Positions 45,116 through 55,765 of a DNA stretch of 64,000 bases are shown piece by piece. This DNA is from an uncultured Planctomycetia bacterium (GTDB lineage: Bacteria; Omnitrophota; Gorgyraeia; Tantalellales; Tantalellaceae): assembly GCA_964527765.1 (NCBI GenBank), contig CAZGQR010000001.1, positions 118,353 through 182,352 on the forward strand. The letters are read 5' to 3'. The translations under genes and the position numbers were made by a program. The notes below the pieces were generated by a model. It was not told the origin of the DNA and ran no database searches. It was given only the letters and a program-made list of their open reading frames with translations. Position 1 is the stretch's first letter. Each line of letters starts with the position of its first letter.

Positions 45116-46507
45116 TTACGTCATATTACGGGTACCTGAATAGTTACGTTTTCTCTTTATTTCTTCAACAATATCTCCGGATACTTCCCTGATGTCCCCG
45201 GCGCCAAGCACCAGGATCACGTCGTCATCTCTGGCAATATCCGAGATGATCTCCGGAACGTCTTTTTTGCCCGCAAGATCGATCCTTTCGAAGCGGCTTT
45301 TATCCATTGCCTCGTATATGTCCCTCACCCTGACTTCCTCGACCTTATCTTCATCAGCCGAATATATATCCGTCAGCACGAGCACATCTGAACCGTAGAA
45401 GCAATCGGAAAATTCACGCATCAGGTCCCGCGTCCTGGAGTAGCGATGCGGCTGGAAAACGGTCACGATCCTGCCTTTCGTGTAGCCGCGGGCTGCCGCT
45501 ATCACCGACCGCAGTTCCGTCGGATGATGAGCGTAATCCTCCACCACTTCTATGCTGCCTATCCTGCCGACCGAGTCAAACCTTCTTCTAACCCCGCTGA
45601 ACGAACTGACGGCCGCGGTGATCCCGTCAAGACCGAATCCCGCTTCGATGCCCGCAGTTACCGCCCCCAGGATGTTCATCAGGTTATACCGCCCTATAAG
45701 AGAGCTTGAGACCCTGCCACTATCTTTGCCCCGCATGATCAGCTCGAATTCTATCGATCTGGCACAGGTATGATCGCGGCATGTCACGTCGAATTCGCCG
45801 TCTATGCCAAAACTTATCTTCCTGGCTGCGGTAGCGCCGGCAATAGACCTGAGCGCGGGGTCTTCTCCGTTGAAGACGAAAAAACCTTTCGGCGAAATGC
45901 CCCCGGCAAATCCCTTGTATGCGTCCACGAGTTTTTCCAGAGAGCCGTAGTGCTCCATGTGTTCCCTTTCGACATTCGTCACCACAGCGCATGTCGCCCC
46001 GGTATTCCGGAAATATCCGTCACTTTCGTCGACTTCAGCAACGACCGTGTCACCATGGCCGAATTTCGCGTTACTCCCGAAATTCCCCATTTCGCCGCCG
46101 ACAATGACCGTGGGGTCTTTTCCGCAATATTCCGCGATATGCGCCACAAGCGCGCTTGTCGTTGTCTTGCCGTGCGTCCCGGTAACCGCTATGGAAAAAG
46201 GGAAGCTGTCCATAATCCTCTTGAGCATTTCGCTTCTCGATATGACGGGCGCGCCCAGCTCGTGCGCCTTTTTCACTTCAGGATTATCTTCCCTGATACA
46301 CGTCGTCCTCACCACAAGGTCCACATCCCCCGGAACATTGACCGCCGAGTGCCCCTGATGTATCGTAGCGCCTTTTTGGCGCAGCCTGTCCGTCAGGTCG
46401 TTGGGCCTCAGGTCCGATCCTGTCACGACATCGCCCTTCGCCAGATGTACATCGGCCAGAGCGCTCATGCCTATTCCGCCTATTCCTATAAAATGTATCT
46501 TTTTCAT
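45116..46507 (-). CDS. murC: UDP-N-acetylmuramate--L-alanine ligase
   Basis: 463 aa Mur ligase; GIGGIGMSALA N-terminus, GTHGKTTT P-loop. Confidence 0.9.
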   Translation of the reverse strand: MKKIHFIGIGGIGMSALADVHLAKGDVVTGSDLRPNDLTDRLRQKGATIHQGHSAVNVPGDVDLVVRTTCIREDNPEVKKAHELGAPVISRSEMLKRIMDSFPFSIAVTGTHGKTTTSALVAHIAEYCGKDPTVIVGGEMGNFGSNAKFGHGDTVVAEVDESDGYFRNTGATCAVVTNVEREHMEHYGSLEKLVDAYKGFAGGISPKGFFVFNGEDPALRSIAGATAARKISFGIDGEFDVTCRDHTCARSIEFELIMRGKDSGRVSSSLIGRYNLMNILGAVTAGIEAGFGLDGITAAVSSFSGVRRRFDSVGRIGSIEVVEDYAHHPTELRSVIAAARGYTKGRIVTVFQPHRYSRTRDLMREFSDCFYGSDVLVLTDIYSADEDKVEEVRVRDIYEAMDKSRFERIDLAGKKDVPEIISDIARDDDVILVLGAGDIREVSGDIVEEIKRKRNYSGTRNMT

Positions 46508-47610
46508 GCTCTGCCTTTGGCAAGTTTTACGATCTCTTCCGCCAGTATCTTTCCCGCTCCGGGGACGCTCAATTCCCGCGCAGCCCGCGAAATGCGTTCG
46601 CGCCGCGGACCGTCCGTCAATATTCCGAGCACTTCACCGGCCAGGTCTTCGCGGGACAGATCGTTCTCTTCTTTGTAAACAGCCGCACCGGCCTGCGAAA
46701 AATACATCGCGTTGGACCTCTGGTTGTTCTTGGGATTCGGATAAGGCACCAGGATCATCGCCCTCGCGTAAAAAGCCAGCTCAAATACAGCGGCAGCCCC
46801 GGACCTGCTTATGGCAAGATCACTGGCGGCGTAAGCGTCATCGATCCTTTCCAGGAACGAAAATACCTTGCCGGGGATCTTATTCTCCTCATAAAACCGT
46901 TTTACATGCTCGTAATCCTTTTTTCCCGCGAGGTGAATAAACTGTATGGCATCGCCCTTTTCTTCCTTTATGTGCCGTGCGACCTCGGAAACGGTCCTGT
47001 TCAAAAAGGAAGATCCCTGGCTGCCCCCCATTATCAGTACTGTTAATTTTTCCGGAGACACACCGAGACGCTGAGCTGATCTTACCCTATCGTTCGACAA
47101 CATGTCAAGCCGCAGTGGATTCCCCGAATAAACTATCTTGCCCGCAGCGCGGGGAAAGTACCTGGCCGAATCCTTAAAGCTGACCGCCACGCGGTCGGCA
47201 AGACGGCTTAATATCCTGTTCGCCCTGCCGGGCAAAAGGTTCTGTTCATGTATAAGAACGGGGATCCTGAACATCCGCGCAACGCCGACAATAGCCCCGG
47301 AAGAATATCCGCCGAAACCCACCACTACATCAGGCCTGAGCTTTATGATAAGATACAGCGATCTTGCAGTATCCAAGAAAAGTTTCGACACAAAAATCGC
47401 GGCCCGCACCGGGTCAAGGTTCAAGGGCATGGGATTCACGGACAGAAAAAAACACCGGTGTTTGCTGCCTGCCAGGATATTCCTGTCCAGCTGCCTTTTA
47501 CTCGAAATAAAAAATATCTCTCTTACTCCGACTTTTTTAAGCTCCGAAGCCAGTGCGACAGAAGGAAAAATATGCCCCCCGCTCCCCCCGGCAGCCAGTA
47601 TGACCCTCAT
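46504..47610 (-). CDS. murG: UDP-GlcNAc:lipid I N-acetylglucosaminyltransferase
   Basis: 368 aa GT28; AGGSGGHIFP N-terminal motif. Confidence 0.9.
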   Translation of the reverse strand: MRVILAAGGSGGHIFPSVALASELKKVGVREIFFISSKRQLDRNILAGSKHRCFFLSVNPMPLNLDPVRAAIFVSKLFLDTARSLYLIIKLRPDVVVGFGGYSSGAIVGVARMFRIPVLIHEQNLLPGRANRILSRLADRVAVSFKDSARYFPRAAGKIVYSGNPLRLDMLSNDRVRSAQRLGVSPEKLTVLIMGGSQGSSFLNRTVSEVARHIKEEKGDAIQFIHLAGKKDYEHVKRFYEENKIPGKVFSFLERIDDAYAASDLAISRSGAAAVFELAFYARAMILVPYPNPKNNQRSNAMYFSQAGAAVYKEENDLSREDLAGEVLGILTDGPRRERISRAARELSVPGAGKILAEEIVKLAKGRA

Positions 47611-47611
47611 A

Positions 47612-48699
47612 TCACTCCGCCCTTCTCGCCATGTTAAAAATGAGCCCCATCGCCGCGAGGTGGGTCACAAGAGAGCTGCCGCCGTAACTTATGAACGGTA
47701 ATGGAAGTCCCTTTGTGGGCAACATCCCCACTGATACGCCGATATTGACTATGACCTCAAAAGCTATCATCACGCTTATCCCGAGGATCACGCGCGACGC
47801 GAACTGTTCCTTGACCTTAAAAGAGAGCCGCAATAAAAACCATATTAATATCGCGAAAAGCATAAGCACGGATGCGGCCCCCAGAAAGCCCAGCTCTTCA
47901 CCGATTATGGAAAACACAAAATCCGTATGCGCCGCGGGGAGATAGAAAAGCTTTTGCTTTGATTCCCCCAGACCGACCCCCAAAAGACCGCCTGACCCCA
48001 GCGCTATAAACGACTGGATGAGCTGAAATCCCGCGCCCCTGGCGTCCTTCCAGGGATTAAAAAACGTCAATATGCGCCTGACCCGGTACGGCGCGCTTAT
48101 CACGGCCAGGCAAAGGACCGGCAGTACCCCCATAGCGACGAATATCATGTGTTTCAAGCTGGCGCCCGAGACGAACATCATGGTAAACCCTATGAACAGT
48201 ATGGCAACGGACGTCCCCATATCCGGTTCCATAAGGACCAGCCCCCCGACAAGACCGATGACGAAAAGGGGCGGAAGGAAACCATGTTTAAACTTATGCA
48301 TGAGGTATCTTTTCCGCGAGGTCAGGTCGGCAAGATAGATCACCAGCGCCAGTTTTGCCATCTCGGATGGCTGGATCCCAAATCCGAAAAAATGCATCCA
48401 CCTGCGCGCTCCTCCGACCTCCCTCCCTATCCCCGGCACGAGTACGGCAATAAGAAGGATAATGAAAAATGCCATGATCTTCCCGGCATTATCGGCTATC
48501 TTTTCGACGGGAACCGCCATGCAGAACACCGCAGCGATCAGTCCCGCGACCAGGTAGACCAGGTGTCTTTTTACAAAATACATGCTGTCGTCGTATCTCC
48601 CGTGCGCGTAGACCGCGCTCGAGGAGTATATCATGACCATCCCGACCATGATCAGCAGGGATACTACCAGGAGTATTATCCTGGCGTCTCTATTCATGC
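47612..48699 (-). CDS. ftsW: SEDS-family divisome protein FtsW
   Basis: Polytopic FtsW/RodA-family protein between murD and murG. Start placed at the internal Met (MNRDARIIL) to avoid a 100-nt overlap with murD. Confidence 0.8.
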
Positions 48700-50033
48700 G
48701 AGATCCTCCTGACTTCCCTCTGAAACGCCTCCCCGCGCTGCTTATAATCGGAAAACATGTCAAAGCTTGAACACATCGGGGACAGCATGACGGCTTCACC
48801 TTTTTCGGCCGCGCTAAAAGCCATTTCCACGGCGCCGGCCATATCCTCCGCCGCGAGCACCGGCACGGCGGATGAAAAAGCGTTTTTTATCCTGTCGCGG
48901 GCTTCTCCGATAAGCACCACGGCCCTCACCTTTTGCCTTACCGTCGGCAAAACGGAAAGATAATCCCCTCCCTTGTCCCTGCCGCCCGCTATCAGGACCA
49001 CTTTTTTATCCATCGACTCCAGGGCCCGCCGGGTCGCGTCGATGTTAGTGGCCTTTGAGTCGTCAATGAACTCTACTCCGCGAAATGAACCTATCTTTTC
49101 GAACCTGTGGCTCAATCCCCTGAAGGTTTTTACGCCCTCACGTATAAAATGATCGTCCACCCCCATGATCCTGGAAATAAGAACGGAGCATGCGACATTA
49201 TCCAGGTTATGCCGCCCATTGAGCGGTATCTCTTCCTTTCTCAGTATAACTTTTTCCTCGCCGCCCGCGCGGATAGAAATGCCGTCTTCCTCGGCAACGA
49301 CTTCCGCCTCTTTCGGACCAAAAAACACGAGCCGGCTCTTTATTTCTTTTGTCGCCGGGTCGCTGCGAAGGTCCGAATGGAGAACGGCCCAATCTTCGGC
49401 CGACTGATTTTTAAAGATCCTGAATTTTTCGGCTTTATAAATATCGTAGTTGCCGTGCCTCCGGTAATGATCCTCAGAGATATTCAGCAGGGCAGCGACA
49501 TGCGGCCTGAACTCTTTTATTGTCTCAAGCTGAAAAGAGCTTACTTCCGCTACCGCCACGCTTTCTTTCGCAAGAAGGTGGACTTCGCCGCTCAAGGGGT
49601 TGCCGATATTGCCGCATACCACCGTATGCCTGCCCGAAAGGGAAAGTATCCTGCCTATAAGCTCTGTCGTAGTGCTTTTGCCGTTCGTTCCTGTCACGGC
49701 GATGATCGGCGCGGGACAAAACCGGTATCCCAATTCCAGCTCCCCTACAACGGGGATGTTCCTATCCCTGGCGATCGACAGGGGCAACGCCTGAGCATCG
49801 ATCCCCGGACTGGTGACTACAAGCTCGGCGCCGCCGCAAAAAGCTTCCGTATGCCCGCCTGTCTCGAACTGCATCCGGTAAGGCGCGAGCTTCTCCAGCC
49901 GCTGTCTTATTTCGTCCGTGTCATCGCTCTCGGTGACCCTGACCTTAGCGCCCTTTCGGGCGGCAAGTTCCGCAGCAGCGGAACCGCTCACCCCCAGGCC
50001 GACGACGAGCACTTTCTTATCTCTAAGCTCCAT
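48690..50033 (-). CDS. murD: UDP-N-acetylmuramoylalanine--D-glutamate ligase
   Basis: 447 aa; VVGLGVSG Rossmann start, GTNGKSTT P-loop. Confidence 0.9.
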   Translation of the reverse strand: MELRDKKVLVVGLGVSGSAAAELAARKGAKVRVTESDDTDEIRQRLEKLAPYRMQFETGGHTEAFCGGAELVVTSPGIDAQALPLSIARDRNIPVVGELELGYRFCPAPIIAVTGTNGKSTTTELIGRILSLSGRHTVVCGNIGNPLSGEVHLLAKESVAVAEVSSFQLETIKEFRPHVAALLNISEDHYRRHGNYDIYKAEKFRIFKNQSAEDWAVLHSDLRSDPATKEIKSRLVFFGPKEAEVVAEEDGISIRAGGEEKVILRKEEIPLNGRHNLDNVACSVLISRIMGVDDHFIREGVKTFRGLSHRFEKIGSFRGVEFIDDSKATNIDATRRALESMDKKVVLIAGGRDKGGDYLSVLPTVRQKVRAVVLIGEARDRIKNAFSSAVPVLAAEDMAGAVEMAFSAAEKGEAVMLSPMCSSFDMFSDYKQRGEAFQREVRRISHE

Positions 50034-50047
50034 AAGTCTTAAAAGGC

Positions 50048-50093
50048 GGGACGGGTTTACTGCAGCAGCATAGCCCCGGACATAAACCCGTCC
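50048..50093. repeat. Hairpin element in the murD-mraY spacer (11-bp stem ggacgggttta / taaacccgtcc, 23-nt loop); member of a recurring gggacRggttta motif family
   Basis: Perfect inverted repeat read directly from the sequence. Related copies at 58128..58223 and 63889..63935. Confidence 0.6.
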
Positions 50094-50107
50094 TTAATTT
50101 CCTAAAT

Positions 50108-51196
50108 CTACCGTACTTTGAGCGTTGCCATGCTCAAAAGCGCAAGGATGGCCGCTATGATCCAGAAACGTATAGTGATCTTGGATTCGTCCAGGCCCTT
50201 TATCTGAAAATGGTGATGGATCGGTGACATGAGAAAAAGGCGTTTCTTCCTCAGCCTGAACGACAATACCTGCAAAATGACGGATAGCGACTCTGCTACC
50301 AGCACTCCGCCGGCGATGAGCAATAAAAATTCCTTTTTGATCAGGACGCTCACGATCGCGATCGAACCGCCCAGGGAAAGCGCTCCTGTATCTCCCATAA
50401 AGACAGTCGCCGGGGGGCTGTTGAACCACAGGAACCCGAGTCCGGCTCCCGCCAGTGCCGCGCAGAAAACCGTCAGTTCACCCGAACCCGGCAGATAAAA
50501 GACCTGCAGGTACTTGCTGATACCCGCGTGCCCGGTGACATAACTGATGACCGCATAAGTAAGAGTAATAAAAACCACGCATCCGATCGCAAGGCCGTCG
50601 AGACCGTCCGTAAGATTCACGGCATTGGAAGTTCCTACGATCACCAGCAGGGTAAAAAGTATATAGAACACCCCGAGGTCGGCAACAGCGTTCTTAAGGA
50701 ACGGAAGATACAGGCCCGATCCTATACCCTTGTTGTTTATAATAAAAACACCGACGATCAGCGCAAGCACGACCTGGCCGGCCAACTTGGTCATCGCCCG
50801 GATCCCCCTGGCGCTCTTGCTCCTAAGCTTGATCAGATCGTCTATGAAGCCTATAATGCCGAGCCATACCATCCCACCGAGCACCAGAAAGACATAATCG
50901 TTATCCAGGCGGCACCATAACAGTGATGTGACAAGAACGGAAACAATGATAAGAAGCCCCCCCATCGTAGGGGTACCTTCCTTATGCTTGTGAAGATCAT
51001 ACAGGCCGCTTACGTGCTCCTTCCGGACATACTGGCCTATATTAAGGTCCTTGAGCCATTTTATGATAAAAGGGCCGGATATGAGACATATGGCAAATGA
51101 CGTGACCGCTGCCATGCTGGCGCGAAACGTGATGTATTTAAAGATATTAAACCCGAACCAGAATTCCCTCAAGGGGTACAGGATGTGGTAAAACAT
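50108..51196 (-). CDS. mraY: Phospho-N-acetylmuramoyl-pentapeptide transferase
   Basis: 362 aa polytopic protein; MraY signature (NAVNLTDGLDGLA). Confidence 0.9.
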   Translation of the reverse strand: MFYHILYPLREFWFGFNIFKYITFRASMAAVTSFAICLISGPFIIKWLKDLNIGQYVRKEHVSGLYDLHKHKEGTPTMGGLLIIVSVLVTSLLWCRLDNDYVFLVLGGMVWLGIIGFIDDLIKLRSKSARGIRAMTKLAGQVVLALIVGVFIINNKGIGSGLYLPFLKNAVADLGVFYILFTLLVIVGTSNAVNLTDGLDGLAIGCVVFITLTYAVISYVTGHAGISKYLQVFYLPGSGELTVFCAALAGAGLGFLWFNSPPATVFMGDTGALSLGGSIAIVSVLIKKEFLLLIAGGVLVAESLSVILQVLSFRLRKKRLFLMSPIHHHFQIKGLDESKITIRFWIIAAILALLSMATLKVR

Positions 51197-52545
51197 TTAA
51201 GCACTTCCTCCATTTTTGTCGCACGCGAACCTTTTAACAGGATCACCGTTCCGGGAGCAGCGATCCTCCGGATCATTTCGGCGGCATCTTCATGGCTCAC
51301 CGCCCGCAGGATGCGATCCTCCCCCATTCCCGACTCCGCCGCCCCCTCCGCAATGTGACCGGCGCCGGTGCCCAAAGTTATAAGAAAATCAATACCGCCG
51401 GCGGCTATGCTTCTCCCGATCATCTTATGGAACTCGCCGCTTCGGCTGCCCAGTTCCAGCATGTCGCCTGCCACCACGCCTTTAGGACCCCCGGCGCCAT
51501 TATCCTGCAGGACCTTAAGCGCGCATTCAAATGAATCGGGGTTCGCATTGTATGAATCGTTGATAAATACAAGATCGTTTATGTCCGTTTTTTCAAGGTG
51601 CATCTCCGGCAGGGATACCGTACCCAGGGCTCTCCGTATTTCTTCATGGTTTATCCCGAAATATTCTGCCACGCTGATCGCGGCCGCGGCGTTGTAAACA
51701 TTGTGCGCCCCTTCCAGCGGGAGAAAGAACCTGTTCCCGTTGAGAAAAAAATCGTATCCCCCTTCTTTTTTGAGGGGTCGGGTTATCAGAAAATCGCAGC
51801 CGGCTGACATTCCGTAAAACTTCTTCATGGTGCCCCTCGTGCCGACCCTTGCCAGAAGGCGGTCGTCTTTGTTCAGAAACGCTATCCCGGTATCAGGCAA
51901 AAAATCCAAAAGGCTTATTTTTTCGATAAAAACACCCTCCCTGTTAATGAAGAACTCCAGGTGTCCGTCCCCGACATTGGTGATGACCGCCATGTGCGGG
52001 GCGGCTATTTCTGCCAGCTTCGGGATCTCCCCGGGGTGATTCGTTCCCAGTTCCAGTATCGCGACATCATGCGACGGGTCCAGATCGAACAATGTGAGGC
52101 TCAGGCCTATGATATTGTTGTACGACTTCCTGTTGCTCAGGACATTGTACCTGGGGGAAAGAATACTGGACAAAATATTCTTTACCGTGGTCTTTCCGTT
52201 GGTTCCCGTTATGCAAACGACCGGAATATCCGCGCCCTTTCTTATCCCCGCCGCTATCATGGCCATTGCCTCGAGGGTATCTTCGACGACGATAACGTGA
52301 TCGACCATTTCCGAACAGGCGGGATCTGCCGGGCGTCCGACGATCAGGCCTGACGCGCCCTTTTCCGCAGCGTTGAGAACGAAATCATGCCCGTCAAAAT
52401 TACTACCCTTTACAGCTATGAAAAGTTCGCCGGGCCTTATCGTGCGGGAGTCTATCGAAAAACCCCTGACGGGATCCTCCGGCTTCTTCGACGAGAGTTT
52501 GCCGCCCGTCATCCGCGCTACATCATTTACGCTAAGCTTGATCAT
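51169..52545 (-). CDS. murF: UDP-MurNAc-tripeptide--D-alanyl-D-alanine ligase
   Basis: 458 aa Mur ligase; GTNGKTT P-loop; between murE and mraY. Confidence 0.85.
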   Translation of the reverse strand: MIKLSVNDVARMTGGKLSSKKPEDPVRGFSIDSRTIRPGELFIAVKGSNFDGHDFVLNAAEKGASGLIVGRPADPACSEMVDHVIVVEDTLEAMAMIAAGIRKGADIPVVCITGTNGKTTVKNILSSILSPRYNVLSNRKSYNNIIGLSLTLFDLDPSHDVAILELGTNHPGEIPKLAEIAAPHMAVITNVGDGHLEFFINREGVFIEKISLLDFLPDTGIAFLNKDDRLLARVGTRGTMKKFYGMSAGCDFLITRPLKKEGGYDFFLNGNRFFLPLEGAHNVYNAAAAISVAEYFGINHEEIRRALGTVSLPEMHLEKTDINDLVFINDSYNANPDSFECALKVLQDNGAGGPKGVVAGDMLELGSRSGEFHKMIGRSIAAGGIDFLITLGTGAGHIAEGAAESGMGEDRILRAVSHEDAAEMIRRIAAPGTVILLKGSRATKMEEVLKCFTTSCTP

Positions 52546-53999
52546 CGATATCCCAATTCCCCAAGCACGTGCCTTGCTATTTCCTTATCATCAAAATGCA
52601 CCACCCGGGCCCCTATGATCTGATGGTCTTCATGTCCTTTTCCGGCAATGACCACGATATCCCCTTCACCGGCCATTTTCAGGGATTCCCGAATGGCAGG
52701 GCGCCTTTGTTTTATTATACTATAGTTATTTTTGCCAAGCATCCCCTTTTCTATCTGATCCAGGATCTCCCCCGGATCTTCCGTTCTCGGATTATCGTTC
52801 GTCAGTATCACGTGGTCACAGATATCGCTTGCGATCTTCCCCATCAGAGGCCGTTTTGCCCTGTCCCGGTCGCCGCCGCAGCCAAACACACAGATGAGAT
52901 CTTTCGGCGTCAGCGCACGCAAACACCGCAAGACGCTTTCCAGGGCGTTCGGGGTATGCGCGTAGTCCACAAAAACCCTGAAAGGAGCGTTTGTCTCGAC
53001 AGCGTCCAGGCGCCCGGGCGGCGGCGAGGCATTTTCCAGGCCCGTTTTTATCTCATCAAAGCCCAATCCGCTGTTCAAAAGAGCCCCTGTTGCCGCCAGC
53101 ATATTATAGACGTTATATTCCCCTATAAGGCCGGTACGCACATGCGTTGAGCCGAGTTTTCCGGCGGTCAGATCGAACTCCGTCCCGTCGATGGATAAGC
53201 GGATATTTTCAGCCCTGACATCCGCGGCGCCCGTCATCCCGAACGTTACCAGGCGCGGAAAATCCATGGTCTTTGCCAGGCCGCCCACCATGGGGTCGTC
53301 CAGGTTCAAAACAGCTGTACCGTCAGGTTTCAGGTTCCGGAAGATCCTGGATTTATCCCTCAAATATGTCTCCATGTCCTTATGGTAATCCAGGTGTTCC
53401 GGGGTTATATTGGTAAATACCGCGCTGTCCAGCCCTATTCCCCAGACCCTCCGCTGGTCAAGCGCATGACTGGATATCTCGAGGACCGCCGCCCGCTTAT
53501 TACCCGCGATCATCCCGGATAAAAGACCGTTCAGGGTCATGGGATCCGGAGTGGTCATAGATGAACGGTCAAGAACATCTCCCGATGTTCTGGTAAAAAC
53601 CGTGCTTACCAATCCGCTGTCCATGCCGGCACCGTTAAGGATGGCGTCTATAAGGAATACCGCTGTCGTTTTCCCATTGGTCCCGGTAACGCCATAAACA
53701 GAAAGGGAGTCGGACGGGTTTTCGAAAACGCGCCTGGCTATGCGTCCGAGAGCTTCGCGGGTATCCTCGACAATAACGATCTTCTCGCGGTCCTTTTCGG
53801 ATAACCCGGACGGCTCGGTACTGCATAACGCGTGCGCCGCGCCCTTTTTAAAAGCCTCGCGGATATAATCGTGCCCGTCATGCGTCACGCCTTTTATCGC
53901 AACAAAGATATCACCGGCTTTGACTTCACGCGAATCCGTCTTTACATTTCGCCTGGTAAGCGATATTGCTCCAAACAACATGTCCGCTGGATCGTGCAT
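52542..53999 (-). CDS. murE: UDP-MurNAc-L-Ala-D-Glu--2,6-diaminopimelate ligase
   Basis: 485 aa; GVTGTNGKTT P-loop, DNPR motif typical of mDAP-adding MurE. Confidence 0.9.
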   Translation of the reverse strand: MHDPADMLFGAISLTRRNVKTDSREVKAGDIFVAIKGVTHDGHDYIREAFKKGAAHALCSTEPSGLSEKDREKIVIVEDTREALGRIARRVFENPSDSLSVYGVTGTNGKTTAVFLIDAILNGAGMDSGLVSTVFTRTSGDVLDRSSMTTPDPMTLNGLLSGMIAGNKRAAVLEISSHALDQRRVWGIGLDSAVFTNITPEHLDYHKDMETYLRDKSRIFRNLKPDGTAVLNLDDPMVGGLAKTMDFPRLVTFGMTGAADVRAENIRLSIDGTEFDLTAGKLGSTHVRTGLIGEYNVYNMLAATGALLNSGLGFDEIKTGLENASPPPGRLDAVETNAPFRVFVDYAHTPNALESVLRCLRALTPKDLICVFGCGGDRDRAKRPLMGKIASDICDHVILTNDNPRTEDPGEILDQIEKGMLGKNNYSIIKQRRPAIRESLKMAGEGDIVVIAGKGHEDHQIIGARVVHFDDKEIARHVLGELGYR

Positions 54000-54031
54000 A
54001 TCTTTCTCGTGTATTTACTCCCGGTTAAAAT

Positions 54032-55735
54032 TCACGGCCTGTTTGATTTCTTGCCCGCATATGAAGGGACTGCCTTATTCGAATCCAGGTACTGCAACGT
54101 ACGCTCTGTTATCCTTTTAAAGGTCGGCCCGGCAACACTGCCGCCAAAATGGACAGGATGCGGATCGCGCGCGGTCACGACAATACTGACAGCGGGAAGC
54201 TCCATCGGGGCGAACCCTACAAATGTGGCATTGTACTTATCGGGATAATATCCTCCCGCGGGATTGACCATCTGGGCGGTTCCTGTCTTTCCGCAGGTAT
54301 CATAAAGCTTGGACCTGGCCCGCCTGCCGGTGCCGTCAGTCACCACGCGGCGCAAGGCATCCTTCATCTTCTCACAGGTATATTCGCTCAATACCCTGCG
54401 TCTCGTAACGGGCTCGAACCGCCTGTATGTTTCTCCCTCCCAGGTCGTTACCCGATCCACCACGTACGGCCTTACAAGGTATCCGCCGTTTGCTATGACG
54501 CTTATCGCGCATACCATCTGGAGGGGCGTGACAGCTATGCCCTGGCCTATCGGTATGGTGGTTATATCGCTGCGGGACCATACTGCGGGAGGCCTGCTTA
54601 TGCCGCTTACTTCTCCGGGAAGATCAACGCCGGTTTTTTCCCCAAAACCGAACCTGCGGATATAGTCATAAACCTTTTCTTCGCCCAGTTCCTGAGCTAC
54701 CTTAACCGTCCCGATATTGCTTGACTTCGCTATCACGTCGAGGAAGGACAGTTCCCCGTAGCGGTGATAGTCGTGCAATATCCTTCCGCCCGTGCTATAT
54801 TCCCCGTTTTCGCAATAGACCCGCGTCTCAAAATCAACCGTTCCTTCGTTAAGGGCCGCGCTGGCCGTAACTATCTTGAAAACGCTGCCGGGTTCGTAAA
54901 CACTGGAAACGGCTTCGTTCTTCATGAATTCCCGGGGCGCCCTGAAAGAGGCGTTGAGGTCATAATCCGGATAGTTCGCCAGCGCCAGGATACTTCCGGA
55001 AAACGGGTCCATGACAATGACGGAACCGCTGGAAGCGCGGAATTCCCTCACCATCTTCCTCAGTTCCTCTTCGGCTATACACTGCACAACACTGTCGATC
55101 GTCAGAACAAGGTTAAAACCGTTTTGAGGCGGAATGGATTCTTCCTCGTTGAAGAGAACCGCCCTTTTCTTCGCGTCCCTCACCAGATGTTTCCATCCCG
55201 GTTTTCCCTTGAGCTTTTCGTCAAAAAATAATTCGAGCCCTTCAAGCCCCTCATTGTCGATCCCGACAAATCCGATAACGTGCGCCGCCATGTTGTCATT
55301 CGAGTAATTTCTCTCGCTTTCATTCAGAAAATGCACCCCTGGCAGATCCAGATCTTTCACTTTTTTCGCTGTTCTGTCGTCGATCTTGCGCTTAACCCAT
55401 ATGAATCCCTTATCCCTCCTGAGCTTTTCTAAAAGGTCCCCGCGGTCCACGCGAAGAACCCCTGAAAGGATGTCCGCCGTCCGTTCTTTATCTTTGATGT
55501 TCCTGGGCTCGCAATAAACGCTCGGCACATCCAGATTTATGGCCAGCGGTTCCATGTACCTGTCGAATATGGTGCCCCGGTGGGGCTCCACCTTCAATAC
55601 CTTTCTGTGCTGTTCGGAGGCAAGTCCTGAAAACCTTTCAAAGCTGAGAACCTGCAAATAGAACAGCCTGACAAGCAAAGATAAAAGGAGTGATATAAGG
55701 AAGAAGAACACCAAATACTGGCGCGACCTGATCAT
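54032..55735 (-). CDS. ftsI: Divisome transpeptidase FtsI (PBP3)
   Basis: 567 aa; N-terminal TM, PBP dimerisation domain, transpeptidase motifs (SVFK, SSN, KTGT); between ftsL and murE. Confidence 0.85.
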   Translation of the reverse strand: MIRSRQYLVFFFLISLLLSLLVRLFYLQVLSFERFSGLASEQHRKVLKVEPHRGTIFDRYMEPLAINLDVPSVYCEPRNIKDKERTADILSGVLRVDRGDLLEKLRRDKGFIWVKRKIDDRTAKKVKDLDLPGVHFLNESERNYSNDNMAAHVIGFVGIDNEGLEGLELFFDEKLKGKPGWKHLVRDAKKRAVLFNEEESIPPQNGFNLVLTIDSVVQCIAEEELRKMVREFRASSGSVIVMDPFSGSILALANYPDYDLNASFRAPREFMKNEAVSSVYEPGSVFKIVTASAALNEGTVDFETRVYCENGEYSTGGRILHDYHRYGELSFLDVIAKSSNIGTVKVAQELGEEKVYDYIRRFGFGEKTGVDLPGEVSGISRPPAVWSRSDITTIPIGQGIAVTPLQMVCAISVIANGGYLVRPYVVDRVTTWEGETYRRFEPVTRRRVLSEYTCEKMKDALRRVVTDGTGRRARSKLYDTCGKTGTAQMVNPAGGYYPDKYNATFVGFAPMELPAVSIVVTARDPHPVHFGGSVAGPTFKRITERTLQYLDSNKAVPSYAGKKSNRP

Positions 55736-55765
55736 TGTTCCTCGTAACGGTTTGATGTAATAATC

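Noticed and set aside
45770-46678. 302-aa plus-strand ORF
   Set aside because: Antisense to murC and murG. Arg-rich composition typical of GC-rich antisense frames.
49107-50042. 311-aa plus-strand ORF
   Set aside because: Antisense to murD. No domain signal.
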